A DNA stretch of 64,000 bases from a virus. Taxonomy: Duplodnaviria; Caudoviricetes. The number at the start of each line of letters is the position of its first letter. Within the stretch, counting starts at the first letter, position 1. This document shows, one piece after another, positions 1-10,473 of this stretch. A program made the position numbers and the translations under genes. The DNA is taken from the IMG/VR virus record IMGVR_UViG_3300032007_000001, one strand, 5' to 3'. The notes under the pieces are model-generated. The model was not told the origin of the DNA, searched no databases, and was given only the letters and a program-made list of their open reading frames with translations.

Positions 1-465
1 ATCTTTAATATCATCAATATCAGATTTTTTAGCTACCATTTCATCAATTTGTTCTGAAGTATATACATTGTCCTTATCAACAAAATTTGAAATGAGATTT
101 TGAACTTCTTCTTTCGAAAAAGTTTCTGTTTTTGTAAAAACATCACTTGTATTTGCTTTTAAGCGCAAATGAGCATTTACTGTTTCTATAGTAGGATATA
201 ACGACATATCCGTATTTTCTGGCATATGTTCATTTAAGTATTCTATAGTTACAAAAGAAGAAGTATCAGGCATATGTTCGTCGACATAACCTTGCGTTGC
301 CAATCCACTTATATCAACATCTAAAACATTGTGAACTGCTTCATTTACTGTTGTTTGAGCAACAGTTTGAAGTACATTCGTTTTTGCTTCAGCTATTTTA
401 TTAGCATTATTATTTGATATTTTTTGTACTATGGATTTCGCTAACTGTGAAAGTGCTTCTGACAA
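1..465 (-). CDS. Partial fibre-like virion protein with YTKxE-type repeats (runs off the window start)
   Basis: Not in the ORF track. GAGGTG SD then TTG at 465; open to position 1: MSEALSQLAKSIVQK...LKANTSDVFTKTETFSKEEV...VYTSEQID, similar repeats to 784..3417. Confidence 0.75.
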   Translation of the reverse strand, partial: MSEALSQLAKSIVQKISNNNANKIAEAKTNVLQTVAQTTVNEAVHNVLDVDISGLATQGYVDEHMPDTSSFVTIEYLNEHMPENTDMSLYPTIETVNAHLRLKANTSDVFTKTETFSKEEVQNLISNFVDKDNVYTSEQIDEMVAKKSDIDDIKD

Positions 466-534
466 TTTATTTCACCTCAATTACTATTTTCAACATCTTT
501 TTCCATTTAACCATCTATAATAATAATTCTACTT

Positions 535-726
535 TTAATCACCGGTATTACCATTATCTGAATTATTTTGATTATCAATTTCTGCGTCTATTTCTTCGAG
601 AAGTGCTACTAATGTATTTTCAAGAATCTCATCTACTTCTTGTTTTGTATATACATCTTGCTTTTTAGCAAAATCAGCTTCACAATCGCGAAAAACTTTT
701 TTTATTAATGTAATAATATCATACAT
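535..726 (-). CDS. Small protein with one DVYTKQEVD repeat (fibre-associated)
   Basis: Same repeat as neighbouring fibre genes; in series on the - strand. Confidence 0.65.
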   Translation of the reverse strand: MYDIITLIKKVFRDCEADFAKKQDVYTKQEVDEILENTLVALLEEIDAEIDNQNNSDNGNTGD

Positions 727-752
727 TCTATCACGACCTTTTATTTTTAAAT

Positions 753-776
753 AAAGCCCGGCCGAAACCGGGCTTT
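753..776 (-). terminator. Intrinsic terminator
   Basis: aaagcccgg-ccgaaa-ccgggcttt hairpin just after the stop of 784..3417. Confidence 0.75.
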
Positions 777-783
777 ATAATTT

Positions 784-3417
784 TTAACCATTAATTTCGC
801 TTCTAATCTGTTGAAGTACATCTGCTATTGCTGTGCTAATTGCCTGATTTACTTCTTCTTTAGTATACATATTAGCAAGCAAAGCATCTACTTCCTCTTT
901 TGTATATACTGTATCTGTATCTGCTTTATCATCCATTGATGAATCGATTTCTGCTTTAGTATAAACATCTTCGGAATTTGCTTTCTTAGCTAAATCTTCA
1001 TCAATTTCGCTAATTAATGATTCAACATTTGCAACAGTGGCATATGGTTCTAATGAAGGAATTTCTGTCTTGTCGGCTTTAAGTGCCAAAGCATCATTTA
1101 CATCAGATGTATTTGCTTTAACATCAAGGTCTGTCTTATCAGCCTTGAGTGCTAATGCATCATCAACATCGCTTTCTTTAGCATATCCAACAAGAGAAGG
1201 AATTTCCGTTTTATCAGCTTTAAGAGCTAAAGCTTCATCAACCTGGGCAATTGTATAAACTGAATCCTTATTGGCCTCTAAATCAAGAAGTTCCTGAATT
1301 CTTTCAGCTGAATAAGTATCCACTTTCTTATAAACATCGGCAAGGTTTGCTTTTGCTTCTAATAACGATACAACTTCGTCTTTAGTATAAACATCGCTTG
1401 CATTTGCTTTAGTATCAACTGTTTCGCCAAGAGTTGTTACATTACTTTGTACTTCAGCAACATCTGCTTTTGAAGCAATATTTGCGATTTCCAATCCATT
1501 TGCATTTTCAGCGATTGCTTCTTGAACCGTAGTGGCTTTAACTTCTGCAATTGTATCTGCTTTTGTTTCTTGTTTTGCAGTCGCAATTGCTTCTTCAACA
1601 TCAACTTTATAAGCTTGCTTTTCACCAAGAGCTCTTAATAATTCATTCGTTGAAGTAACAACATCAGAAGCATCTTGTGAATGTCTAACAATTGAATGAG
1701 TACCTTCAACTATATCATTTAATACAATATTAAGTTCTTCTAATGTAGCGCCAACAACGGTATCAACTTTTTCATCTGTTTCTTCTTTTACATATGTTGT
1801 CGTCTTAACACCAGAAATTTCTTCATTGATTGCATCCAATGCATCTTGAACATCTTTACAATCTTTCTGATATTCTGTCTGCGTAACGATTGTTGGAGCA
1901 ACCTCTGTAAGAAGGCTATTAACGTTATTAGAAAGCGTTGTAACGGCGTCTTCCAATTCATCAAATTCGCCATCATCAACTTTAGCTTCTATAAATTCAT
2001 CAACTTCTGCCTTTGTATATACATCGGCAGCATTTGCTTTTGTTTCAATATTCGAAGTATTGGTTTCAACAGTTGTATTGATTTCTGAAACGATATTGTC
2101 TACTTCTTCTTTTGTATATACATTTTCAGCAACAGCTTTGGCAGCAACTGCTTCATCTAATGCATTTAATCTATTCGTTGTTTCCTCATTCGTTGCATCA
2201 ATTTCTTCTTTAGTATATACATCTGTTGCGTTTGCTTTTGTTTCGATTGCATCTGTGTTACCGTCAACTTTTCCATTGATTTCTGATACAAAACCATCTA
2301 CTTCTTCTTTTGTATATGTATTCTCAAGATTTGCATTGTCTGCTAATAAATTATCAACTTCGTCTTTTGTATAGGCGTCACCAACATTTAATTTGCCTCT
2401 TAAGAAATTGTCAATCTGAAGTTCTGTATATGTACTACCAACATTAAGTTTGCCATCTAACATATCATCGACAGCAGCTCTTGTATAAATTTCGTTTAAT
2501 TTAACAGTACCATTAAATTTTTCATCAATTTCTTCTTTTGTATATACAGTTTCTTTATCAACTTTTTCTGCAATTCTTGCAAGTCTTGGGTCATTATCGC
2601 CAACAGCGATTGGCATTAATATATCTTCTGGTTCCACTGAAAGTCTTAAAACACCGTCGGTATTCTTTGAAGCTTTCTTTAATGAACCATCTATGCTTAA
2701 TGCAGTTGGGAAGTCATTCCAAACAACACCGTCATTAGTGAATTCCCACATTCCACCATTTTTACGTTCATTGTAACGAATTCCAACATTAAGTTCGGAA
2801 CCACGATTTATAATAATACCAGCATTAGCAGTTGGAGTACCAGACTGAGCATTATTTAATGTAAATGTCGTTGAAGACGTACCAGAAGTTTCATCAATTT
2901 TATCACTAAAACGTTCCAAATCAGCTTTGGAAGCTTTATCATCTAATGCTGCTTGTAAACCATCAATTGAAGCAATTGGGTGAAGGTTTGGAGCGTCATT
3001 GTTATCCAATAATGTATGGTCACCAGGATGATATCCACTTGCTAAGAATGGGCGAATATCTTCAATCATATCCTCAGTGATTGCAGTGGCATTAGCACCC
3101 AAATAAATAGCTGCTAATGGTAACATATTACGTTCAATCGTTGGAAGTTCTGGAGCCCTATTCTTGATTTCTCCTGATGAAACAAAAATAGTACCCTGTG
3201 GAGTAATACCAACTATTACCCATTTATATCCAGCAGCTGGAGCTTGAATTGTTGGAGAAGTTCCACCCTCAAATTCAACAAGCTTCATACGAGATGTATA
3301 ATAAGAGCCTTCGTTAACTCTTACTGTCATATTTGGAGTAATTTGTGGTCTGACTTTAAGTTCCTCTATAGCAACACCAAGTTTGCGATATGTGGAACCT
3401 GAAACTGGTTTATTCAA
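784..3417 (-). CDS. Long fibre/whisker-like virion protein with many (V/T)YTKxE(V/I)D repeats
   Basis: More than 10 KAxxxDVYTKxEVD repeats; HPIASIDGLQAALDDKA fibre repeat; N-terminal domain shared with 16703..17734. Confidence 0.75.
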   Translation of the reverse strand: MNKPVSGSTYRKLGVAIEELKVRPQITPNMTVRVNEGSYYTSRMKLVEFEGGTSPTIQAPAAGYKWVIVGITPQGTIFVSSGEIKNRAPELPTIERNMLPLAAIYLGANATAITEDMIEDIRPFLASGYHPGDHTLLDNNDAPNLHPIASIDGLQAALDDKASKADLERFSDKIDETSGTSSTTFTLNNAQSGTPTANAGIIINRGSELNVGIRYNERKNGGMWEFTNDGVVWNDFPTALSIDGSLKKASKNTDGVLRLSVEPEDILMPIAVGDNDPRLARIAEKVDKETVYTKEEIDEKFNGTVKLNEIYTRAAVDDMLDGKLNVGSTYTELQIDNFLRGKLNVGDAYTKDEVDNLLADNANLENTYTKEEVDGFVSEINGKVDGNTDAIETKANATDVYTKEEIDATNEETTNRLNALDEAVAAKAVAENVYTKEEVDNIVSEINTTVETNTSNIETKANAADVYTKAEVDEFIEAKVDDGEFDELEDAVTTLSNNVNSLLTEVAPTIVTQTEYQKDCKDVQDALDAINEEISGVKTTTYVKEETDEKVDTVVGATLEELNIVLNDIVEGTHSIVRHSQDASDVVTSTNELLRALGEKQAYKVDVEEAIATAKQETKADTIAEVKATTVQEAIAENANGLEIANIASKADVAEVQSNVTTLGETVDTKANASDVYTKDEVVSLLEAKANLADVYKKVDTYSAERIQELLDLEANKDSVYTIAQVDEALALKADKTEIPSLVGYAKESDVDDALALKADKTDLDVKANTSDVNDALALKADKTEIPSLEPYATVANVESLISEIDEDLAKKANSEDVYTKAEIDSSMDDKADTDTVYTKEEVDALLANMYTKEEVNQAISTAIADVLQQIRSEING

Positions 3418-3516
3418 TTAAATTCACCGTCCTATCTATACTTAAAATTTACTTTGATTTTTCATCATTTTGTTTCAATTATAAAATACACTTCAAATGA
3501 ATACATATATAAATAA

Positions 3517-3541
3517 AAAAGAGGTCCATAAGACCTCTTTT
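3517..3541 (-). terminator. Intrinsic terminator
   Basis: aaaagaggtc-cataa-gacctctttt. Confidence 0.7.
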
Positions 3542-3555
3542 AATTTTTTATCAAA

Positions 3556-3999
3556 TTATTTTTTCATTTTATGCAATGCCGTTGATGTAGCAGAAATAAT
3601 CCTTCCATCAATCATTTGTATTTCATAAAATTTTTTATAATTTTGTTCATATGGACCAAAAATAATTGTTGCTTCTTTATTTCTATATGTTACCTTTTCG
3701 CCTTGTTCAAAAATTATTTCTGGTTTTTTCTTCTTAAATGTAGTTGACGGTGCTTTTGCAGATATCGGCATTCTCGCATCATCAAAATATTTTAAGAATT
3801 CGTCATCATCTATAGCATCTTTTAAGTTTTTTTCTTCATCTTCTTCCTCGTCTTCGTCATCAAAAGACGGGATTTCTATTTCCATTTCATTTTCATAATT
3901 ATCATATCCATCATAATCATCATAAAAACGTTTTTTTATCACGTTAATCTCTCCATATATAAAAATTTCCCTATCTGATTTCTTCAATAACACATCCAA
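3556..3999 (-). CDS. Hypothetical protein, acidic linker plus C-terminal SH3/KOW-like domain
   Basis: 147 aa; FEQGEKVTY...IIFGP pattern. Confidence 0.6.
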   Translation of the reverse strand: MDVLLKKSDREIFIYGEINVIKKRFYDDYDGYDNYENEMEIEIPSFDDEDEEEDEEKNLKDAIDDDEFLKYFDDARMPISAKAPSTTFKKKKPEIIFEQGEKVTYRNKEATIIFGPYEQNYKKFYEIQMIDGRIISATSTALHKMKK

Positions 4000-4022
4000 A
4001 CATTTTTATTTTAGCTAAAAAG

Positions 4023-4052
4023 AAAAAAGATGACTTTTTTGTCATCTTTTTT
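4023..4052 (-). terminator. Intrinsic terminator
   Basis: aaaaaagatgac-tttttt-gtcatctttttt. Confidence 0.65.
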
Positions 4053-4072
4053 ATAAAACATTAATTTTTTAA

Positions 4073-4306
4073 TTATCGATTATCTTCAATTTCGCTTTCG
4101 CCTGTCATGATACCTTTTTCTTTCAAAAAAGTAAATAAATCATGCATATCAAAACCGCCGCTCGTTGCGAATTTTCCTGCAGCTTCTGCAACGATTTCTG
4201 TAGTTGGTTCTACACCCATATACTGAAGCATTTCAGTAATAGAAGTATTGTCATTTTTCATAGCAAGAATGTTATGTCCTTTAATCATTTCATTATACCT
4301 CTTCAT
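4073..4306 (-). CDS. Hypothetical protein
   Basis: 77 aa; GAGG SD, overlaps the upstream stop. Confidence 0.65.
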   Translation of the reverse strand: MKRYNEMIKGHNILAMKNDNTSITEMLQYMGVEPTTEIVAEAAGKFATSGGFDMHDLFTFLKEKGIMTGESEIEDNR

Positions 4307-5765
4307 TAATATTTTCTTCTACTGAATCTTCAGTAGGTTCTTCTGCAACTTCTAATAAATTACTATTTCTTAAAAATTCGACAAATTGTTCTTTCGTTGC
4401 TGGATATACTTCTTCAACATTGCCTTTCAAAAGAACAAAATAATCTGCATCAAGAACTCCACGTTCTTTTAATAATTCAACAATTGTTTCATCGGTATCT
4501 TTTTCCAATTCAGTAACTGGGAAATATACATCTGCTGGTTCATCGTCTTCCGTTTCAACTTCTACTTTTACAACCTGTTCTGGAGTAAGACTATTATAAA
4601 TTTCAATGAGTTGTTCGTCGGAAATTTCTTCTTCAAAATCATCTAAAACCTCTTCAGGTTCTGTTTGTTCTTCTGATTCTTCTTCTTTTTCTACTTCTTC
4701 ATTGGCTGCTTCTACTGGAGCAACTGAATCCACCATTTGAACATTCCCATCAATTGGATTATCTTCAACTTCAGGTTCTTCAACAAGTTCTTCATTTTCA
4801 ACAACTTCTTGAACTGCTTCATTTACTGGATTCGTTTCAATATTAAATTCGCTTAATACATCAGATAAAAAGTCTGCATTAAGTTTTCCTCTATCTTCCT
4901 GTTTTGAAAGGTCTAATTCATGTTCTTTTTGGAGAATCTTTTCAGAAACTTCTTTATTCTTTTGAACATGTTCCATTTCTTGTTCTTCTGATTTTAAGTC
5001 ATATTTATCATTTTCAATAGTTTCATATGCATGAATCATTTCTGCCAATTTTGTTTCAAGAGAAGCAACTCTTTTTTCTAAAGTGTTTTCGCATTCTTCT
5101 CCTTCGCATTCTTCCATTGATTTTTCATATGAAGCTATAACTTCTTCTTCACTATCGCTAATTTCTGGAACCAATTCTGGTTGCGTTGCTTTATCAAGCA
5201 ATTCATTAACAAGATTCTTTAATTCAGCAACTTCTTTTCTAAGAGATTCTATTTCATTTGTATTTTCAACTTCTTGCGTTTCTGGGGCACTCATAATATC
5301 TTCTAATTCTTTCGTTAAAGAATTATCTTCAACATCAACAACAAGAGTTTCTTCCTCAACAACTTCCTGCATCGTCGATGTTTCAGTATCATCATTTATT
5401 GCCTCTTCAACAGCATCATTTGTTTGTTGAATTTCTCTTGTATCATCCAAAACTTCTTCGTTTTCGACGTCTTCTGACAATTCTTCATCAACAACGTCAT
5501 TTTCTTTTGAAGCAGCAACAACGCTATCTTCATTTAAGAAATTATCAACACCTTCGATATCACTAACACCGTCAATTTCTTTTACAACAGTTGCAAATTT
5601 GTTATAAAGAACAGCACCATGCTCATTAAATTTAACATAAAATGTTTCATCTTGCCAATTTACTGTGGGTAAATCAGCTACATTATTATCGGCAGTTTTT
5701 TCGTTGCTTCTAAGAGCATCGGCAAATTCATTCAGCCAGGTTGGCCACGAACTAGTTTTGTTCAT
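4293..5765 (-). CDS. Highly acidic coiled-coil protein (scaffold/internal head-like)
   Basis: 490 aa, very E/D-rich, coiled-coil segments, several KTA/VAS-type sites. Confidence 0.6.
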   Translation of the reverse strand: MNKTSSWPTWLNEFADALRSNEKTADNNVADLPTVNWQDETFYVKFNEHGAVLYNKFATVVKEIDGVSDIEGVDNFLNEDSVVAASKENDVVDEELSEDVENEEVLDDTREIQQTNDAVEEAINDDTETSTMQEVVEEETLVVDVEDNSLTKELEDIMSAPETQEVENTNEIESLRKEVAELKNLVNELLDKATQPELVPEISDSEEEVIASYEKSMEECEGEECENTLEKRVASLETKLAEMIHAYETIENDKYDLKSEEQEMEHVQKNKEVSEKILQKEHELDLSKQEDRGKLNADFLSDVLSEFNIETNPVNEAVQEVVENEELVEEPEVEDNPIDGNVQMVDSVAPVEAANEEVEKEEESEEQTEPEEVLDDFEEEISDEQLIEIYNSLTPEQVVKVEVETEDDEPADVYFPVTELEKDTDETIVELLKERGVLDADYFVLLKGNVEEVYPATKEQFVEFLRNSNLLEVAEEPTEDSVEENINEEV

Positions 5766-5779
5766 TTTTCTTTAACACC

Positions 5780-5983
5780 TCATCTTATATTGTGAGTTTG
5801 TTGTAACGACCATTCTGGCCGGTCAAGCTCATTCTCAAATTGATATTTTAATGGTTGCTTAAATTGGTCTTCAATCCCACCATGATTCATCATTTTTTCA
5901 TCATATGTTGGAAAATCTAATCCAAATTGTAATTCTATTTGCCTATGTGTTATTGGTCTTCCTAATCTTTTCATGTTAATCAC
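5780..5983 (-). CDS. Hypothetical protein (basic MKRL N-terminus)
   Basis: Tightly packed in operon. Confidence 0.65.
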   Translation of the reverse strand: MINMKRLGRPITHRQIELQFGLDFPTYDEKMMNHGGIEDQFKQPLKYQFENELDRPEWSLQQTHNIR

Positions 5984-5985
5984 CC

Positions 5986-6360
5986 TTAACTAATAACATG
6001 TTCACTATCACCCATAAACAATGGCTTCATCTTAAGAGTCATATCTTGCGGTTTCTCTACCAATTCTTCCATTTCTTTTTTTAACGTCTTTTTCGTTTTT
6101 GCAAAATTTTCTGCATAACTAAGACCCTTTAAGGCAATAGCCAATTCACAAAACAATTCAAAACTTCTTTCAAAATCATTTCCATCATAAATGGAAGCAC
6201 TATCAAAAGTCGAATCGCTTGTAATTGAATAGAAAGGCCGATTATTTAATAATCTAACTTGATATGCATAATATATCCCGCCAGGAGATACGAAACTTTC
6301 TATGACTTTTACTGGTTTTGAAGCTACTTTTTTTCTTAATCTTTTCATCGTCCTATCCAC
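5986..6360 (-). CDS. Hypothetical protein with MKRLRKKVAS leader
   Basis: Operon packing; shared leader motif. Confidence 0.7.
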   Translation of the reverse strand: MDRTMKRLRKKVASKPVKVIESFVSPGGIYYAYQVRLLNNRPFYSITSDSTFDSASIYDGNDFERSFELFCELAIALKGLSYAENFAKTKKTLKKEMEELVEKPQDMTLKMKPLFMGDSEHVIS

Positions 6361-6599
6361 CTTTCACTTTGAGCCCATGGCGAATATGTTCCAGGCCTCA
6401 TTTCTGTAGATAATAAATTATCATCATAATCTACTAATAAATTCCCCGGTGATAAAAAGAACGTTTTTTTATCATCATTAACCTGATTCTTTAGTTTATA
6501 ATCGGATTTTTCAGTATCTACTTGCTTATCAATAAGTTTTCGATACTGAAGCTCCAATTTTTCTATATCTGCATTAGACCATTTTTTCAAACGTTTCAT
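6345..6599 (-). CDS. Hypothetical protein with MKRLKK leader
   Basis: ATGA overlap with 6596..10087. Confidence 0.7.
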   Translation of the reverse strand: MKRLKKWSNADIEKLELQYRKLIDKQVDTEKSDYKLKNQVNDDKKTFFLSPGNLLVDYDDNLLSTEMRPGTYSPWAQSERWIGR

Positions 6600-9500
6600 T
6601 TGTTGTATCTCTGCAAATCCTTATATATTGAATCAAGTTGATGAGACGTTGTAACTTTATCCAGTAAAGCGCTAATCTTAGAAAGTTTATTCTTTGTTAT
6701 TATTGATTTTTCAACATAACTTTCTGCCAATTTCAAAACCTTATCTTTAACTTCATTAAAAGCATCATTTGTTTTACCATCTTTTATAGAAGCTAAAGTT
6801 TTTGCTTCAAAATTATTTGTATGGAATGACTTTGGAATCATTTCATTATTTTTAGAAGCATGTTTCAAATTATCATTAATAACTTCTTCCATATAAGGTT
6901 TTAGTTTTGACATTGAAATCAATTCATTCAAAGAATATTTACTTGCATATTGATTGTTTCCAGCTTCCTTAACATGTCCAAGTTCCAACCATGAATTAAT
7001 AGCATCATCTAATTGACTATCATCTGTTAAAAACCTTAAATGTTTTTTCAAAGCTTCTTTTGAAATAAGAATATCATGTTTTGTATTCTCGTTATTTCTC
7101 ATTTCATTAATCTTACTAGCAAGTAATGTATTAACAAATGCATCTTTTACATCTATTTCTTTATTCCCAATAAAGAATCTTGTATTTTTTAACTTAGCAT
7201 TATCAATATCAGATTGTGCTATAACGCTAGAAGAAATACCTTTTTCTTTATTAAACAAATGTAATTCTGCTGTAACCCATTTTTCTTTGATGTCTATATC
7301 CTTAAAATCTTCTATTTCAACGCCAGTTGGCATTTGTGAAGCCATAAGCTTTTTATAATTTGCTTTTGAAAGTTGTTCTTCTGGATTTCTCGTCCCAGTA
7401 TCTTCAACATTTATGACTTCAAATTGTTTGTTATCATTTTTATTACTAAGAATGAGATGTTTCTTCCTTAAAGTTGTATCAATATTCTTTTTACATTCAT
7501 TAAGAATCTCATCTCTCGAATATTTAGAAGCAAATTTCTTATTTCCAAGAGATTGAAGAATACCATTATCATTCAAATCAATAATAAATATATCTATATC
7601 TTCATTTGAAAGATAATCAGCTAAAATATTATTTAATTCGTCTTCTGTAAAGATACAACTATAATGGTCAACTAATTCATAATTATTATCTTGCAAATAT
7701 TGCTTCAATAAATTGCTCTTTTCGAATGCTTTTGAAACATCTTCTATTGCAACTTCTTTTGACCCAACTTTGCAAATAATTTTATCTTTGTCGACGCGAG
7801 CATACAATTTTCTACCATCAAAATCCAAAACCAAATCTTTATCATTAACTACTTTAACATCGCATTTGAGATATTTATTGATTTTTTCTTTAATGGAAGC
7901 AATTTTTTCTTTAATATTTTCATTAGCTACATTGTTTCTCGAATCGCCATCTTCAATTGAAGCAGATTCAAAACGATAACCATCTTTTTTATCTTTCAAT
8001 TTAAGATGTTTTGCCTTTAATTGCATATTCGGAGAAACATTAATATTCTTTATAAGTTCATCAAAACTTGAATTAGAAACATATTTGTCTTCTGCTATTT
8101 TATGCAATTTATTATTATCTTCAAGATAAGATATAATTGTATTTATTTCAGAATCTGAAAAATAATCATTTAATTTGTTTTCAAACATTTTTTTACTGAT
8201 TATAATTTTCTGATAATTAGAAACATCATTATCTTCAAGATATGCCTTTAATGTTGGTGTTATTTCTAAAGCATGATTTAATTTTGCAATTGAAATTTTC
8301 TTTCCATGTATATCGCAAACTATATCGTCTATGTCTCCAAGAATAGAAGCATATACATGTTTCCCATCAAAAGTAATTATAGCATTTTTCTTATCTATCA
8401 ATTCAACATAAAAATCTTTTAAGTATTGAGACAAATAAGAATTAATTTTATTTGCATAATCACTAATACTAGCAATAATTTGATAATTTCTTGAACCTGT
8501 ATCTTCTTGCCAAACACTTTCAAACAAATTATCGTTTCTCTTTGCTAATGCATAATTTACCGGTTTCTTTTCAACCAATTGCGTTTCATTACACAATTTG
8601 ATTAAGTCTTCTAAATCACATTTGCATGCAAATTTATCTTTATCAAGAGATTTTAATGTATTATTCTCTTTTAATTTTTCAATAATCTTATTAACAGTGT
8701 CTTCATTAAGATAATCTTTCAATTGGCTATAAATGGCTGTCTTTGTAACGACCATCTTAACATCTGCTCTATAAAACTTGTTTCCAAATTTTTGTTTTTC
8801 TTCTAAGATATTATCAATTTCCTCTTTTGAAAGGAATGAAATGTCTTCTGTATCAAAAAGCAATTCATTTAATGAAAGTTTTGATGCAAATTTGTTGTTT
8901 TCAATTGCGTTTAATTTTCCACTCTTACACCACAATTGAATCATACTATCAACATTATCTTTGGAAATATATTTTTCCAATTCGTCTGTAAGATTTTTCA
9001 TTGAAAAAATGTGATTTCCAAGTTTCGTGTTTTTACCAGTATAAGAAGCTATTTTCTTATCCTTTTTATCGATTTCATTTAAGAAATCGTTTATTTGCAT
9101 ATCTTTTTCATTAAAGCAAATAGATAATATATCTTTAACTTTTTCATCCTCAATACTTAACCGAATCGCAATCTTATGACGTATATCTTTATTAACTATT
9201 TCTGCGTCAAAATCAAGAATATTATCATTTCTCTTTGCATTATCAACATTTAATATATTAATAACATTTGCAAATTTTTGAACAGCTTCATGAGAAAGTC
9301 TTTCAGCTGTCTTCTTTTCATTAATATCGGTTTGACCAATGTTATCAACAAAATCGGCGGTGTGAGAAGCTTCTTTTTCTAAATTTTCTCTTTTATCAGG
9401 AAATAACATATTCATATCGTAATATGAAGCATATTCATTACTTCCAACGCCGACAATATTGCCTTCTTTAATGTTTTTGTTGATTAAATCTGTGGCTTCT

Positions 9501-10087
9501 TTTAATGAACCATTGCAACGTTTAATAATCTCATATCTAGTCATAACAGTAAAATTGTTGTTTCCAACTTTTACTTTATATGACTTTTTAGAATCAAAAC
9601 CTTCTTTTACATCATTAAAAGAATCTTCCAATCCAGCTTCGCTAAATGGATATTCATTAACATCATCATTCAATGCAACGATAAAAAACTTATCATTATT
9701 TATTTTTCCATCATTAGCATTATATGAGAATTTATATTGTGCTGGATTATTTTCAAACGTTACATCAAAAGTAATGCCATTATTTGTTGGTTCACTGTTA
9801 AGAATTGCAAATTTTGTTTTTCTCAAAAAAGAAGATAATTTAACGACTGCAAAATTTTTCAATGTTTGATTATTGAATGTATATGCAATATCTCTTGTAA
9901 AAGCAGTATTGTTGTTGCTACGTGAGGCGACAACATGTTTTTGATTGACAATATTTGCATCTGTTGCTAAATCAAACACTCTATCCACTTTTTCTTTGAA
10001 AGCAATATTATCAATCCAATCTGGAATGTCTACATTTGGAGAAGCTTTTAATGTTTTTCCATCTATTGTTTCAAAGCTATAAGACAT
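6596..10087 (-). CDS. Large internally repeated protein (putative head/internal virion protein)
   Basis: 1163 aa; about six repeats ending K(F/Y)ASKxSxxE(L/I), three with DxxxRN linkers. Confidence 0.7.
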   Translation of the reverse strand: MSYSFETIDGKTLKASPNVDIPDWIDNIAFKEKVDRVFDLATDANIVNQKHVVASRSNNNTAFTRDIAYTFNNQTLKNFAVVKLSSFLRKTKFAILNSEPTNNGITFDVTFENNPAQYKFSYNANDGKINNDKFFIVALNDDVNEYPFSEAGLEDSFNDVKEGFDSKKSYKVKVGNNNFTVMTRYEIIKRCNGSLKEATDLINKNIKEGNIVGVGSNEYASYYDMNMLFPDKRENLEKEASHTADFVDNIGQTDINEKKTAERLSHEAVQKFANVINILNVDNAKRNDNILDFDAEIVNKDIRHKIAIRLSIEDEKVKDILSICFNEKDMQINDFLNEIDKKDKKIASYTGKNTKLGNHIFSMKNLTDELEKYISKDNVDSMIQLWCKSGKLNAIENNKFASKLSLNELLFDTEDISFLSKEEIDNILEEKQKFGNKFYRADVKMVVTKTAIYSQLKDYLNEDTVNKIIEKLKENNTLKSLDKDKFACKCDLEDLIKLCNETQLVEKKPVNYALAKRNDNLFESVWQEDTGSRNYQIIASISDYANKINSYLSQYLKDFYVELIDKKNAIITFDGKHVYASILGDIDDIVCDIHGKKISIAKLNHALEITPTLKAYLEDNDVSNYQKIIISKKMFENKLNDYFSDSEINTIISYLEDNNKLHKIAEDKYVSNSSFDELIKNINVSPNMQLKAKHLKLKDKKDGYRFESASIEDGDSRNNVANENIKEKIASIKEKINKYLKCDVKVVNDKDLVLDFDGRKLYARVDKDKIICKVGSKEVAIEDVSKAFEKSNLLKQYLQDNNYELVDHYSCIFTEDELNNILADYLSNEDIDIFIIDLNDNGILQSLGNKKFASKYSRDEILNECKKNIDTTLRKKHLILSNKNDNKQFEVINVEDTGTRNPEEQLSKANYKKLMASQMPTGVEIEDFKDIDIKEKWVTAELHLFNKEKGISSSVIAQSDIDNAKLKNTRFFIGNKEIDVKDAFVNTLLASKINEMRNNENTKHDILISKEALKKHLRFLTDDSQLDDAINSWLELGHVKEAGNNQYASKYSLNELISMSKLKPYMEEVINDNLKHASKNNEMIPKSFHTNNFEAKTLASIKDGKTNDAFNEVKDKVLKLAESYVEKSIITKNKLSKISALLDKVTTSHQLDSIYKDLQRYNK

Positions 10088-10096
10088 ATCCTATTC

Positions 10097-10450
10097 TCAC
10101 CCCACTTCAGTATATATGTAATGCTTTGCTTCATCTACAGTAGAATAAAATCCTTTATAACTTACATTTGACCATTTTGCTTTTCTATACCCTTGCATTG
10201 TACAATTGGCTGCAATAACCATATATACATCTGTTTGTTGTTCATCATTCAAAGGTACTCTCCAGACCTCAAAAACTTTAACGATATCATTAACTTCTAT
10301 AGAAGTATAAAAATCTGGAACATGACTTTTTGGTTTATTTTTTTGTTTTCTGAATGAACGCACCGGAGATGGTGGTGCTGCAAGAGTTTTACCAGTTAAA
10401 GAAATAATATTTTCTGTCCCATAATTAACTGCTTCTAAAACCATATCCAA
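10097..10450 (-). CDS. Hypothetical protein
   Basis: 117-aa ORF in operon. Confidence 0.65.
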   Translation of the reverse strand: MDMVLEAVNYGTENIISLTGKTLAAPPSPVRSFRKQKNKPKSHVPDFYTSIEVNDIVKVFEVWRVPLNDEQQTDVYMVIAANCTMQGYRKAKWSNVSYKGFYSTVDEAKHYIYTEVG

Positions 10451-10473
10451 CGGGATATTTCCTATACTATCAG

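Noticed and set aside
784-3417. Short DNA repeats (tcttcttttgtata...) as CRISPR or DGR repeats
   Set aside because: They are in-frame, degenerate codings of the YTKEE protein repeat, irregularly spaced; no cas or reverse transcriptase gene is present.
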